From Parcubacteria group bacterium Gr01-1014_17 (GTDB lineage Bacteria > Patescibacteriota > Minisyncoccia > Phycocordibacterales > UBA10002), in contig VMFZ01000007.1 in the NCBI GenBank assembly GCA_007376285.1, positions 1-54,968 on the forward strand: 54,968 nt of DNA, in the 5' to 3' direction. The translations under genes were made by a program, and so were the position numbers. The notes beneath the pieces are model-generated. The model worked only from the letters and a program-made list of their open reading frames with translations, made no database searches and was not told the origin of the DNA. Below, in pieces: positions 1 to 9,458 of the stretch (its first letter is position 1; every line of letters begins with the position of its first letter).

Positions 1-768
1 ATTACCGATTTTGTGGTGTTTGACGACACGCTCCCGCTTCCCGAAGCGCTTCATCTAGCCGCCTCGCTTGAAAGCAAAAGCGCGCACCCGCTAGCCCGCG
101 CGATTGTTGAAAAAGGGAAAACGCTCCCGCGCGGGCTAGCAACACCCTTTGAATACAAAGAAGTTGCTGGTATGGGAGTATCCGGTGTCGTAAACGGCAA
201 GCATATTGAACTCGGCAACTTGTCTTTTTTGGAAGGGCTTGCTGGAGGAGTTGGCGGACAAAATGTTGGGTTTGGGCGATTTCAGAATGAAGGGAAGACC
301 GTCGTGTTTATGTTTGTGAAGAAAAAGCTCGCTGCTCTCATTGCATTCAGCGATACATTGCGGCCGTTTGCAAAAGAAGCAGTCGCGGCGCTTGTGAATC
401 TCGGCAAGGAAGTCGTGCTTCTGACAGGAGACAACAAAAAAACCGCGGAAGCGATTGCGCGCCAGTTGAATATCACCACAGTTCTCGCCGAAGTATTTCC
501 GCAAGACCGGGCGCGCGTCATAAAAGAATTGCAAGGTGCAGAGTCCGCGCGGCGCCTGCCTGCGCAGGCAGGTACCGTTGCCGTGGTAGAGAACAATGAA
601 ATACGGGTGGGTGAGAATACCGTTATATGCGCAGGCGACGCTCTTCAGAGTGTAGTGTCTGCGTTTGCGAACAGCAGAAAAACAATGCGTACCGTGAAGA
701 TGTACATTTTTTTGCAGTTTTTATGGTACGCGGTCGCGCTTGGTGTCTTGATTTTATTTCGCATCTGA
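1..768 (+). CDS. P1B-type (heavy-metal) ATPase C-terminal part, 5'-truncated by the window edge; hinge motif degenerate
   Basis: Frame is open from base 1. N-domain SAHPLARAIV and GMGVSG, P-domain LLTGDN, AEVFPQDR. The GDGxND hinge reads VENNE. Confidence 0.8.
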   Translation: MTDFVVFDDTLPLPEALHLAASLESKSAHPLARAIVEKGKTLPRGLATPFEYKEVAGMGVSGVVNGKHIELGNLSFLEGLAGGVGGQNVGFGRFQNEGKTVVFMFVKKKLAALIAFSDTLRPFAKEAVAALVNLGKEVVLLTGDNKKTAEAIARQLNITTVLAEVFPQDRARVIKELQGAESARRLPAQAGTVAVVENNEIRVGENTVICAGDALQSVVSAFANSRKTMRTVKMYIFLQFLWYAVALGVLILFRI

Positions 769-790
769 TAGATACTGTGTGCAGATGCAA

Positions 791-824
791 GTCGCCTCAT
801 CGGCGACTCGCCGAAGAGGTGAGA
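791..824. repeat. Palindromic repeat family A (gtcgcctcatcggcgacycgccgaagaggyg)
   Basis: Near-identical copies at 15461, 31522 and 40309; stem cgcctc-a-tcggcg / cgccga-a-gagg. Confidence 0.85.
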
Positions 825-836
825 AAGGATACTATA

Positions 837-1037
837 ATGAACGCAAATGAAGTGGATGTGACTGACAAAGTCAGAATTGTGAGGGGTGATTGGGCAAATC
901 AGGTTGGGAAGGTAACGCACAAAATCGTTTTGTTTCCGATTCCAGACGAACCGGCAAAGGCGCTTTTGACAATTCAACTTGAAGGTTTTAATCGCTCCGT
1001 GCAAAAGAACAATCTTGAAGTTGAAAAAATCGCCTAA
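837..1037 (+). CDS. Small KOW-motif protein, 66 aa
   Basis: ATG at 837 after SD-like AAAGGA; VRIVRGDWANQVGKV fits the KOW pattern. Confidence 0.6.
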   Translation: MNANEVDVTDKVRIVRGDWANQVGKVTHKIVLFPIPDEPAKALLTIQLEGFNRSVQKNNLEVEKIA

Positions 1038-1077
1038 TAGCACGGGCGGTTTTTTTCTTTTATGTTAGTATCTTTTT

Positions 1078-1917
1078 ATGTCTCTAAAAATAGGAATTGT
1101 TGGCTTGCCAAATGTTGGGAAGAGTACGCTATTTAACGCGCTCACCAAACAGAGCGTACCGGCAGAGAATTACCCATTTTGCACGATTGACCCAAGTGTC
1201 GGTATTGTACCGGTGCCTGACGAACGGCTGAATAAACTCTCGATGCTTTCACATTCCAAAAAGACAATTCCCGCCATTGTGGAGTTTGTGGACATTGCAG
1301 GGCTCGTGCGCGGCGCATCCGAAGGCGAGGGGCTCGGCAACAAATTTCTCTCACACATCCGCGAGGTGGATGCGATTGCGGAAGTGGTGCGTGTGTTTTC
1401 CGCCGAAGGCGGATCCGCCTATGGCGGACAAGTTATTCATGTTCACGAAAAAGTAGACCCGCTTTTTGATATTGAGATTATAAACTTGGAGTTGGAAAAA
1501 GCGGGGTTGAAAAAACCGGTGTTGTATGTACTCAACTCATCCGAAGCGAGTGAGAATATGACAGAGAAAATAAAAGGGAAAATCCCCGGACGGTTTGTGG
1601 AAGTAGACCCTGTGTTCGGCACGGGGATGGCTCAGTTGATTGTTGAAGCGTACGCGCTTTTGGATTTAATTTCATTTTTCACGACAGGCGAAGACGAAAC
1701 GCGGGCGTGGACGACGAAGCGTGGAAGCACAGCACCCGAAGCGGGCAAGGCGCTCCATACCGACTTCCGCGACAAATTCATCCGCGCCGAAGTTATCCAT
1801 TACGACAAGTTGGTGGAAGCGGGTAGCTACCTCGCCGCGCGCGAGCGCGGGTGGGTGCGCACAGAAGGAAAAGAGTATATAGTACAGGATGGGGATGTTA
1901 TTGAATTTAAAATTTAA
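1078..1917 (+). CDS. ychF: YchF Obg-family ATPase with most of the helical domain missing
   Basis: GIVGLPNVGKST, NYPFCTIDP, DIAGLV, EGLGNKFL and a TGS domain ending YIVQDGDVIEFK. Confidence 0.95.
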   Translation: MSLKIGIVGLPNVGKSTLFNALTKQSVPAENYPFCTIDPSVGIVPVPDERLNKLSMLSHSKKTIPAIVEFVDIAGLVRGASEGEGLGNKFLSHIREVDAIAEVVRVFSAEGGSAYGGQVIHVHEKVDPLFDIEIINLELEKAGLKKPVLYVLNSSEASENMTEKIKGKIPGRFVEVDPVFGTGMAQLIVEAYALLDLISFFTTGEDETRAWTTKRGSTAPEAGKALHTDFRDKFIRAEVIHYDKLVEAGSYLAARERGWVRTEGKEYIVQDGDVIEFKI

Positions 1918-1924
1918 AATTAAA

Positions 1925-2010
1925 ACACTTCGCGGAAACGCAAATTTTGTCCCCTTTACCCTCTCTACGGGGGTCCTACGGGATCCAAAATTTACATTTC
2001 CGCTTCGTGT
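1925..2010. repeat. Long imperfect intergenic hairpin (REP/MITE-like)
   Basis: acac..gcggaaa..aaatttt.tccc pairs with ggga..aaaattt..tttccgc..gtgt. Confidence 0.6.
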
Positions 2011-2018
2011 AAAAAGAT

Positions 2019-2914
2019 ATGAATCCACCTAAACTAACGCCAAAAGATTTCTTTCTCTATGTGGGTGCCTTGGCGACCCTGACCGCGTGTTCCCCGACGA
2101 GCTCACATATTATTACGGTCCGTACTCGGGCGGCATTCGTTTTGCGCTTGCGTCGCTTATCGTGATTTTCCCGATTTCACTTATCTTGTTTTCCGTCGTG
2201 AAAAAGGGGATTGCACGCGAGCCAGAAAAACTTGGGCTTGCGCTCCGCAAGTGGGTGTTGTGGATAACTATTTTTATTACCGGAGCAGCTCTCGCGGGCG
2301 ACTTGATTGCCGTGCTCTCCGGCTTCCTCGGCGGCGAGCTCACGATGCGCTTTATCTTGAAGGCACTCGCCGTGTTCGCGGTCTCCGCCTCAGTGTTTTG
2401 GTATGCCGTACTTGAAATTCGCTTGACATCGGAAAAACCAATATCGCTCCGCACGCCATTTATTGTCGGCTCTCTCATAGGTGTTATTGCGGCAATTATG
2501 TGGGGATTTTTCGTAATGGGCTCTCCTTTTACGGTGCGAAAACTCCGGATGGATGAACGGCGCGTTTCCGACCTCCAGAGCATTCAGTGGCAGGTAGTAA
2601 ATTATTGGCAGCAAAAATCGCGCTTCCCCAAATCGCTTTCTGAACTGGAAGACCCGCTTTCTGGGTACAAAGTGCCGACTGACCCAGAGACCGCAAAATC
2701 ATATGAGTTTACGCTAGGGACAGGATATGCGTTTACCCTGTGCGCGGACTTTACGCTTCCAAACGGTACGCAAAGCCGTAGCAAGACAAAGCCGTATCCG
2801 ATGCCGATGAGTGATGAGGGTCTCGCCGAGAATTGGGAACATACTGCCGGCCGCGCCTGCTTTGAGCGCGTACTTGACCCCGAGCGCTATCCGCCGTACG
2901 CCAAGACCCGCTAA
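2019..2914 (+). pseudogene. CPR-type membrane protein (DUF5671-like, from memory) with an N-terminal frameshift
   Basis: ATG 2019 gives MNPPKLTPKDFFLYVGALATL. The body DRVFPDELTYYYGPYSGGIRFALASLIV is in another frame from about 2081. Confidence 0.7.
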
Positions 2915-2948
2915 AGAAAAATCTGCGACCGTTCTTTACGGTAGTAAC

Positions 2949-2987
2949 CTATTCCAACTACTTGCTATAGCAAGTAACTGGAAGAGT
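2949..2987. repeat. Palindromic repeat family C (core tacttgctatagcaagta)
   Basis: Copies at 11644-11687 (reverse) and 31671-31714. Confidence 0.85.
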
Positions 2988-3071
2988 TGAATAAGAAAGA
3001 AAAAGTGGGTTGGTAGGGAAATGAAGTTGTTTGCTTTTTTTATATGTGAATATGAGGTAAGATTATTTGTA

Positions 3072-5354
3072 ATGAAATCCTATAATCATTCCGCGGTTGA
3101 GAAGAAGTGGCAGAAGAAGTGGGGGAAGTCGGCATACAAAACCCAAGACAAAAAGAAAGGCGCCGAGAATTTTTATTTTCTGACCGAGTTTCCGTACCCG
3201 TCCGGCAATCTTCATGTCGGGCATTGGTATGCCTTTGCCGTGCCGGATATTTTGGCGCGGTATTTGCGTATGACCGGCAAGAATGTTTTGTACCCGATTG
3301 GGTTTGACGCTTTTGGACTTCCTGCAGAAAACGCGGCACTTCAGCATGGGCTGAATCCACACACTTGGACATACGAAAATATCGCGTATATGCGCAAACA
3401 GTTCATCTCTATGGGCGCCTCGTTTGACTGGTCGCGCGAAATTACCACTTGCGACCCAGCGTACTATAAATGGACGCAGTGGCTTTTTTTGAAATTGTAC
3501 GAGCGAGGTTTGGTGTACCGAAAAAAGACGGAAGTGAATTGGTGTCCGAAAGATAAGACAGTTCTCGCAAACGAGCAGGTAAAAGATGAAAAGTGCGAAC
3601 GGTGCGGTACTTCAGTGGAAAAGCGGAAGATGGAGCAGTGGAATATTAAAATTACAGAATACGCAGAACGCCTACTGTCGGATTTGGATGTACTTGATTG
3701 CCCGGAGGAAATAAAAATCGCGCAGAGGAATTGGATTGGGAAATCAGAAGGCGCTGAAATTGAATTCAAAATACACCCCACCCCAACCCTCCCCAAAGGG
3801 AAGGGGGTTAGTGTCAAAGTTTTTACCACCCGCCCCGACACTTTGTTCGGCGTGTCGTTTATTGCACTTGCGCCGTCTCATCCGTTTGCGAAAGACGCAA
3901 AAAATCTGCGCGCTATAAATCCGGCAAACAACGAGGAAGTGCCTGTGTTCGTTGCGGATTATGTAGTAGAGGATTACGGCACGGGCGCCGTGATGGGTGT
4001 CCCGGCGCACGACGAACGCGATCGAGAGTTTGCATTAAAAAACAACATTCCGGTAAAGAATTCGGAATTGGCGCCGAAAGAAGTATTTGAGAAATTTGCA
4101 CAGAAGACCACAACCTACAAACTCCACGATTGGGTCGTGTCGCGACAGCGATATTGGGGAACGCCGATTCCGCTTATTCACTGCGAGAAATGCGAATATC
4201 AACCCGTTCCGGAAAAGGATTTACCGGTGCTTTTGCCACCCATCAAAGATTATGTGCCGACTGGCGATGGCCGCTCGCCGTTGGCGAAAGCGCGAAAGTG
4301 GGCGGAAGTGAAGTGCCCCGCGTGCGGTGGGAAAGCAGAACGAGAAACCGACACTTTAGATACTTTCGTGGATTCTTCGTGGTATTTCTTGCGCTACACC
4401 GACCCGAAAAACAAAAAAGAATTTGCGTCACGGAAAAAAATGGGCGCGTGGCTTCCGGTGGACTTTTATTCTGGCGGTGCGGAACATACGACGATGCACC
4501 TGCTCTACTCTCGCTTTTGGCACAAAGCGCTCTTTGACCTTGGGCTCGTGTCAGACAAAGAGCCGTATGTGCGCCGAATGAACCGCGGGCTTATCTTGGG
4601 GTCGGACGGACAGAAGATGAGCAAGTCGCGCGGGAATGTGATTGACCCCGATGAAGAAGTAAAACAAGTGGGCGCGGATACGGTGCGAATCTATCTTGCC
4701 TTTATCGGACCGTACAACGAAACGGGTTCGTACCCGTGGGACAAGGGAGGAATCGCAGGCATTCGCAGGTTTTTGGAACGGGTGTGGAGGTTGCAGGACA
4801 AAATTCATCCCCCACCTCGGAAGCCCTCGGCACCCCCTTCAAAGGGGGAACTCAGAAATTCCTCCCTTGAGGGAGGTGTCTCCCGTAGGGAGACGGAGGA
4901 TGTTCTTTTGCACCAAACCATCAAAAAAGTTGGGGAGGACATTATAGCAATGAAGTTTAATACCGCCATCAGCGCACTGATGGTTTTGTCAAAAGCGTTT
5001 GAGAGCGAGAAGGCCGGCGCGCGCGAGGATTTTGCAATTTTCTTGCAACTACTTGCCCCATTTGCGCCACACATTGCGGAGGAACTCTGGCATGAAAATA
5101 ACTTCAAGGGTTCGGTGCACAAAGCGCCGTGGCCAACATACGACGAAGCGAAAACACGCGAAGCGTCAGTGACAATTGTGATACAAGTAAATGGCAAGAT
5201 ACGAGGAAGCTTTTTCGCGCCGCGCGGTGTCACTGAGGCGGACGCATTTGCGCGCGCCGAGGCGCTTCCGGAAGCCGCAGCACGGCTTTCCGGGAAACAA
5301 ATTAAAAAGCGGTTTTTTGTGAAAGACCGGCTGGTGAGTTTTGTCACCACTTGA
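3072..5354 (+). CDS. leuS: Leucyl-tRNA synthetase with a shortened CP1 domain and two repeat-derived inserts
   Basis: EFPYPSGNLHVGH (HIGH), TTRPDT, GTGAVMGVPAHD, SRQRYWG, KMSKS. Start taken at MKSYNH. Confidence 0.97.
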   Translation: MKSYNHSAVEKKWQKKWGKSAYKTQDKKKGAENFYFLTEFPYPSGNLHVGHWYAFAVPDILARYLRMTGKNVLYPIGFDAFGLPAENAALQHGLNPHTWTYENIAYMRKQFISMGASFDWSREITTCDPAYYKWTQWLFLKLYERGLVYRKKTEVNWCPKDKTVLANEQVKDEKCERCGTSVEKRKMEQWNIKITEYAERLLSDLDVLDCPEEIKIAQRNWIGKSEGAEIEFKIHPTPTLPKGKGVSVKVFTTRPDTLFGVSFIALAPSHPFAKDAKNLRAINPANNEEVPVFVADYVVEDYGTGAVMGVPAHDERDREFALKNNIPVKNSELAPKEVFEKFAQKTTTYKLHDWVVSRQRYWGTPIPLIHCEKCEYQPVPEKDLPVLLPPIKDYVPTGDGRSPLAKARKWAEVKCPACGGKAERETDTLDTFVDSSWYFLRYTDPKNKKEFASRKKMGAWLPVDFYSGGAEHTTMHLLYSRFWHKALFDLGLVSDKEPYVRRMNRGLILGSDGQKMSKSRGNVIDPDEEVKQVGADTVRIYLAFIGPYNETGSYPWDKGGIAGIRRFLERVWRLQDKIHPPPRKPSAPPSKGELRNSSLEGGVSRRETEDVLLHQTIKKVGEDIIAMKFNTAISALMVLSKAFESEKAGAREDFAIFLQLLAPFAPHIAEELWHENNFKGSVHKAPWPTYDEAKTREASVTIVIQVNGKIRGSFFAPRGVTEADAFARAEALPEAAARLSGKQIKKRFFVKDRLVSFVTT

Positions 5355-5379
5355 CACGCTTTCAGCGGGGGTATATAAC
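5351..5379 (+). promoter_or_regulatory. Sigma70-type promoter overlapping the leuS stop codon
   Basis: TTGACA-17 nt-TATAAC. Confidence 0.6.
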
Positions 5380-5404
5380 TAGGTTACTATAAGATAATAT
5401 ACAT

Positions 5405-6457
5405 ATGCATATGGCAACCACCACCGCGTCCGTTATTTCATTTAGTCCAAAACAAGCCGCTACGCGGCTGTTGAAAGTCCTTCCTGCTCGTGCACGCGAT
5501 GTGCTTGTGAACCGTTATGGTCTTGGTAAAGAAACTAAACGCCAGACCCTTGATTCCATTGGTAAGCGCTACCACATTACGCGCGAGCGTGTGCGCCAAA
5601 TTGAGAATTACGCAATGGCGAGCGTCCGCAAGTCCGAAGCGTACAAGAAAGAAAAATTGTCATTTACCGAATTGGAAAAAGCGGTGCATGAGTTTGGCGG
5701 AGTGGTGGGCGAGGAAGCATTTCTTTCGTATATCTCAAAAGACGCGAGCGGGCGCAATCACGCGCAATTTCTTTTGGCGCTTGGAGAGCAATTTAAGAAA
5801 ATAAAAGAAGACGATCATTTGAAGCACCGCTGGCATATGGACGACAAGCTGGCGATGAAGGTGCACGATGCGCTCCGCAAACTGTATGACAGTTTGACGG
5901 ACAAGGATTTGGTGTCGGAATTGGACATTATCGCGCAATTTTTGACGCATGTGGAGGATTTGGACGAACATTTCAAACAGGAGCAGATTGTGAAGCGTTG
6001 GCTTAACTTGTCAAAGACCATCGGCAAGAATCCCTTGGGCGAATGGGGCCTGGTTTCTTCGCCGCATATCAAAATGAAGGGCGTGCGCGATTACGCGTTT
6101 CTTGTGATTCGCAAGCATGGCTCACCGATTCACTTTACGGAAGTTGCGCGTGCGATTGAAAAAATGTTCGGCAAAAAGGCGCATGTGGCGACCACGCACA
6201 ACGAGTTGATTAAGGACAAGCGGTTCGTTCTCGTGGGGCGCGGGCTCTACGCGCTCGCCGAGTGGGGATATATGAGCGGGGTGGTGCGCGATGTGATTGC
6301 AAAGGTTTTGGAAAAACACGGCCCGCTTACGAAACAGCAAATTTTTGACAAGGTGCTTAAAGAGCGCTATGTGAAAGAAAATACCATCTCAGTAAACTTG
6401 CAAAACAAAAAGCATTTCAAGAAAGATAAGGAAGGTAAGTACTCGGCGATGAAGTAA
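5405..6457 (+). CDS. Sigma70 region-4-like HTH plus C-terminal winged-HTH repeats (RNAP delta/HARE-HTH-like)
   Basis: RYGL..TLDSIGKRYHITRERVRQIE at the N-terminus; PIHFTEVA..TTHNELIKDKRFVLVGRGLYAL at the C-terminus. No sigma region 2. Confidence 0.75.
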   Translation: MHMATTTASVISFSPKQAATRLLKVLPARARDVLVNRYGLGKETKRQTLDSIGKRYHITRERVRQIENYAMASVRKSEAYKKEKLSFTELEKAVHEFGGVVGEEAFLSYISKDASGRNHAQFLLALGEQFKKIKEDDHLKHRWHMDDKLAMKVHDALRKLYDSLTDKDLVSELDIIAQFLTHVEDLDEHFKQEQIVKRWLNLSKTIGKNPLGEWGLVSSPHIKMKGVRDYAFLVIRKHGSPIHFTEVARAIEKMFGKKAHVATTHNELIKDKRFVLVGRGLYALAEWGYMSGVVRDVIAKVLEKHGPLTKQQIFDKVLKERYVKENTISVNLQNKKHFKKDKEGKYSAMK

Positions 6458-6472
6458 ATAATGTTGGTTTCC

Positions 6473-6604
6473 ACCTGCCCTTAACCTAAGGGGAGGTGCC
6501 GAGCGAAGCGAGGCGGAGGGGTGGTTTGCTTTATTTAAGACACCCCCTCCCCCAGCACTTAGTTAAGTGCTGGGTACTCCCCCTTTAGAAAAGGGCGAGA
6601 GGAG
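6473..6604. repeat. Large GC-rich multi-hairpin repeat, family D
   Basis: Shares tgccctt..aaggggaggtgccgag..cgaggcggagggg..cacccc..ctccccctt..aagggcgagagga with 11526-11638. Confidence 0.85.
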
Positions 6605-6612
6605 AAAGAAAA

Positions 6613-6641
6613 ACCAACGACCATATTTCATAATCGTTGGT
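6613..6641 (-). terminator. Intrinsic terminator for the minus-strand small ORF
   Basis: accaacga/tcgttggt stem with an adjacent A-tract (U-tract on minus). Confidence 0.6.
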
Positions 6642-6662
6642 AGATAACGCTTTTTGAATTTT

Positions 6663-6821
6663 TTATTTGTGCCACAAGTTCAAACAGTCGTAGTTGCAAA
6701 AATAATGTTCAACACGGTTGTAGGGCTGTCTTCGTAACACTAGAACCTTTGACCATAAAGTGATTATCTTCTTGCAACCAAGACATCTCGCGGTTCGAAT
6801 TGTTGAAACTTCAATTTCCAT
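6663..6821 (-). CDS. 52-aa TRASH/MYM-like metal-binding protein
   Basis: CLGC...YFCNYDC. Start taken at MEIEVST. Confidence 0.55.
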   Translation of the reverse strand: MEIEVSTIRTARCLGCKKIITLWSKVLVLRRQPYNRVEHYFCNYDCLNLWHK

Positions 6822-6996
6822 TGTATGGCGTTTCTTTTTATATCCTAGAAAGGGCATTCGTTTAATTTCAGGTGTATTGTTTCGGGACACCACGGCTTCC
6901 TTTCTAAAGCCAACCCGTTCCTTAAACGATTCAAGGAATACTGCTAGTACCCTAGCACAACACACACTAATCCGTCAAGTTTTCGAACGGCAGTTA

Positions 6997-7033
6997 GGCA
7001 CCCGATGTTTGCCGCCTATCAACATCGGGTGCC
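6997..7033. repeat. Palindromic repeat family B (cacccgatgt..acatcgggtg)
   Basis: 33-nt core is identical in reverse to the copy at 19701-19737. Confidence 0.9.
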
Positions 7034-7069
7034 TGCTAACCACCGCTTTGCTCATGCTATACTATCCGC

Positions 7070-8485
7070 ATGATGGGAGTGATTGCTGATTTTTTTAATG
7101 CATTCGGGGCGCTCGCGACATATTTGTTTAAAAAAGACAAAGAGAGTCCAGTGCGCTCATATTTATTTCGCGCAAGCGCGCTTGGACTCGTCGCATACGG
7201 CGTGTGGTGGAATGAATTGCTTGTACCGCTCTTTTTAGTAAGCGCGACATGGATGCGCGAACTTATGCCGCTTTGGGTACCAATCGTACTGATTGTTGTG
7301 TTTGCGCACTTGTGGGTATGGTATGTGCGCACTGTTTTTTTTGAAAAGACGGGTTATGTACTGCTTGAAATCAAACTCCCGCGCGAAATTATGCGCTCTC
7401 CCAAGGCAATGGAGCTTTTCTTTTCGTCAACAATATGGAGCAGGGGTTCGGTGACTTTCGTTGATACTTTTTGGGACGGGAAAGTCGGGCCATGGTATTC
7501 GTTTGAAATCGCATCATTCGGCGGAGATGTGCATTTTTATATTTGGGTGTGGCCGAAGCTTCGTAAAATAGTAGAAACGCAGATTTACGCGCAGTACCCA
7601 ACGGTGGAAATAAACGAAACGCCGGACTATGCGGCGCGTTACCCGTATGGTCCTGAAGGCCGTTTTATGTGGGGAACACATATAAAGCTCGCAAAGCCAG
7701 ACCCATACCCAATAAAGACCTACATTGATTACGGGCTGGATAAGGAAGAAGAAGAAGAAATAAAAGTAGACCCGATTACGCCAATGCTTGAGTTTCTCGG
7801 CGGGCTTAATAAAGGGGAACAGTGCTGGATTCAGATTTTGGCGCGGGCACATCAGGAGCGCAGTTTGGTGCACGGACATTTGTTTAAGAGGCCTGATTGG
7901 AAAGACGAGGCGCAAGAACTTATTAATGAAATCTTGATGCGCGACCCGAAAACGAAGTCAACCAGAAAAGAAAGCGCGACAGGTTTTCCTATAATGCCCA
8001 CCCTTACTGACGGAGAAAAAGAGCAGGTTGAAGCCATTGAGCGGAGTTTAAATAAACATGCGTATGAATGCATGATTCGCGCTCTGTATTTTGCCGAGGG
8101 AGACGCGCAATCGGAAATACCGAAGTCAATTCCTGGGCTCATCGGCTCATTTCGGCAATACAATGCGAACAATTTTAACGGATTTAAATTGGGCTGGTAC
8201 AACGACATTTCGGACGAAACCAAAGATATCTTGTGGTTTACTGGGTTGCGTGACAAGGTCTCTGAATACTTTATGAAGATATACGGAAGACAACTGTATG
8301 ACGCATACCGTCGCCGCTCGTTTTTCTATTACCCATATAAGAATTTTCATGTAGACAAGCCGTTTATTTTGACCGCCGAAGAGTTGGCGACGATTTACCA
8401 CTTCCCGGGCAAGGTTGCCGCAACGCCGACCATCGGCCGCGCTCCGTCGCGCAAAGCCGAACCACCGCCGAACTTGCCGATTTAA
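7070..8485 (+). CDS. Conserved hypothetical membrane-anchored protein of CPR type
   Basis: N-terminal TM helices; LLEIKLP..SPKAME, WYSFEIAS, YAQYP, YPIKTY, ELATIYHFP. Function not assigned. Confidence 0.7.
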   Translation: MMGVIADFFNAFGALATYLFKKDKESPVRSYLFRASALGLVAYGVWWNELLVPLFLVSATWMRELMPLWVPIVLIVVFAHLWVWYVRTVFFEKTGYVLLEIKLPREIMRSPKAMELFFSSTIWSRGSVTFVDTFWDGKVGPWYSFEIASFGGDVHFYIWVWPKLRKIVETQIYAQYPTVEINETPDYAARYPYGPEGRFMWGTHIKLAKPDPYPIKTYIDYGLDKEEEEEIKVDPITPMLEFLGGLNKGEQCWIQILARAHQERSLVHGHLFKRPDWKDEAQELINEILMRDPKTKSTRKESATGFPIMPTLTDGEKEQVEAIERSLNKHAYECMIRALYFAEGDAQSEIPKSIPGLIGSFRQYNANNFNGFKLGWYNDISDETKDILWFTGLRDKVSEYFMKIYGRQLYDAYRRRSFFYYPYKNFHVDKPFILTAEELATIYHFPGKVAATPTIGRAPSRKAEPPPNLPI

Positions 8486-8487
8486 TC

Positions 8488-9429
8488 ATGGGCGCAAAAC
8501 TCTTTTTTGTTATCGCACTTTTTTTATTTGCGTTCGTGCAGGCATTTTACAACCGCCCGCCGCTTGATTTTCCAAGAGAGACATTTCTGACGATTGAAAA
8601 GGGAACTGCGCTCGCTGTAATTGCGGACGACTTTGATAAGCGGAGAATAGTGCGCTCTCCGTTTTGGTTCAAGGTGTTCGTGACGCTACGCGCGGGTTCA
8701 GACGGCGCGATTGCCGGCGATTACTTTTTCAGAGAGCGCGCCTCGGCTTTGCGGATTGCAGAGCGGCTTGTTACCGGAGAATACGGCTTGGAAGAAACGC
8801 GCGTGGTAATTCCAGAGGGCTTAACAAATAAAGAAATTGCAACTCTTTTTGCGCGCGCGCTGCCAAAGTTCAGCGCGCGCGAGTTCCTTTCCCTTGCGGA
8901 GAAAAAAGAAGGGTATCTTTTTCCTGACACCTACCAATTTTTGCCCAATATTCAAGCGTCGGGAGTCATTGCGGTAATGGAGGAGAATTTTAATAAAAAA
9001 ATCACGGGGCTTGAACCGCTTGTACAGATTTTTAAGAAACCGCTTCGCGATATCATTATCATGGCTTCGCTTCTTGAAAAAGAGGCACGAACGCTGGACA
9101 CGCGCCGCCGCATTGCCGGCATTTTATGGAAGCGCTTGCGGCTCGGTATGCCGCTTCAGGTAGATGCCGTGTTTCCATATATCTTTGAAGGCAAAGCGTA
9201 TGATTTGACCGACGGCGATTTGCTCGTAGATTCGCCATACAATACATATAAATACAAAGGACTTCCAGTTGGCGCAATTTCAAACCCAGGCTTAGACGCG
9301 CTCCGCGCGGCAGTAACGCCTATAGACACGCCGTATCTGTATTATTTGTCAGACAAGAATGGCGATATGCACTACGCCAAAACACACGAGGAGCATCTCG
9401 TAAACCGCGTGCGGTATTTGAATATGTAG
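8488..9429 (+). CDS. mltG: Endolytic transglycosylase MltG
   Basis: IPEG, EGYLFPDTY, MASLLEKEA, LQVDA, SPYNTY, ISNPG, YLYY. Confidence 0.93.
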   Translation: MGAKLFFVIALFLFAFVQAFYNRPPLDFPRETFLTIEKGTALAVIADDFDKRRIVRSPFWFKVFVTLRAGSDGAIAGDYFFRERASALRIAERLVTGEYGLEETRVVIPEGLTNKEIATLFARALPKFSAREFLSLAEKKEGYLFPDTYQFLPNIQASGVIAVMEENFNKKITGLEPLVQIFKKPLRDIIIMASLLEKEARTLDTRRRIAGILWKRLRLGMPLQVDAVFPYIFEGKAYDLTDGDLLVDSPYNTYKYKGLPVGAISNPGLDALRAAVTPIDTPYLYYLSDKNGDMHYAKTHEEHLVNRVRYLNM

Positions 9430-9458
9430 GGCAAATTTGGTATAATATAGGTACTAAA

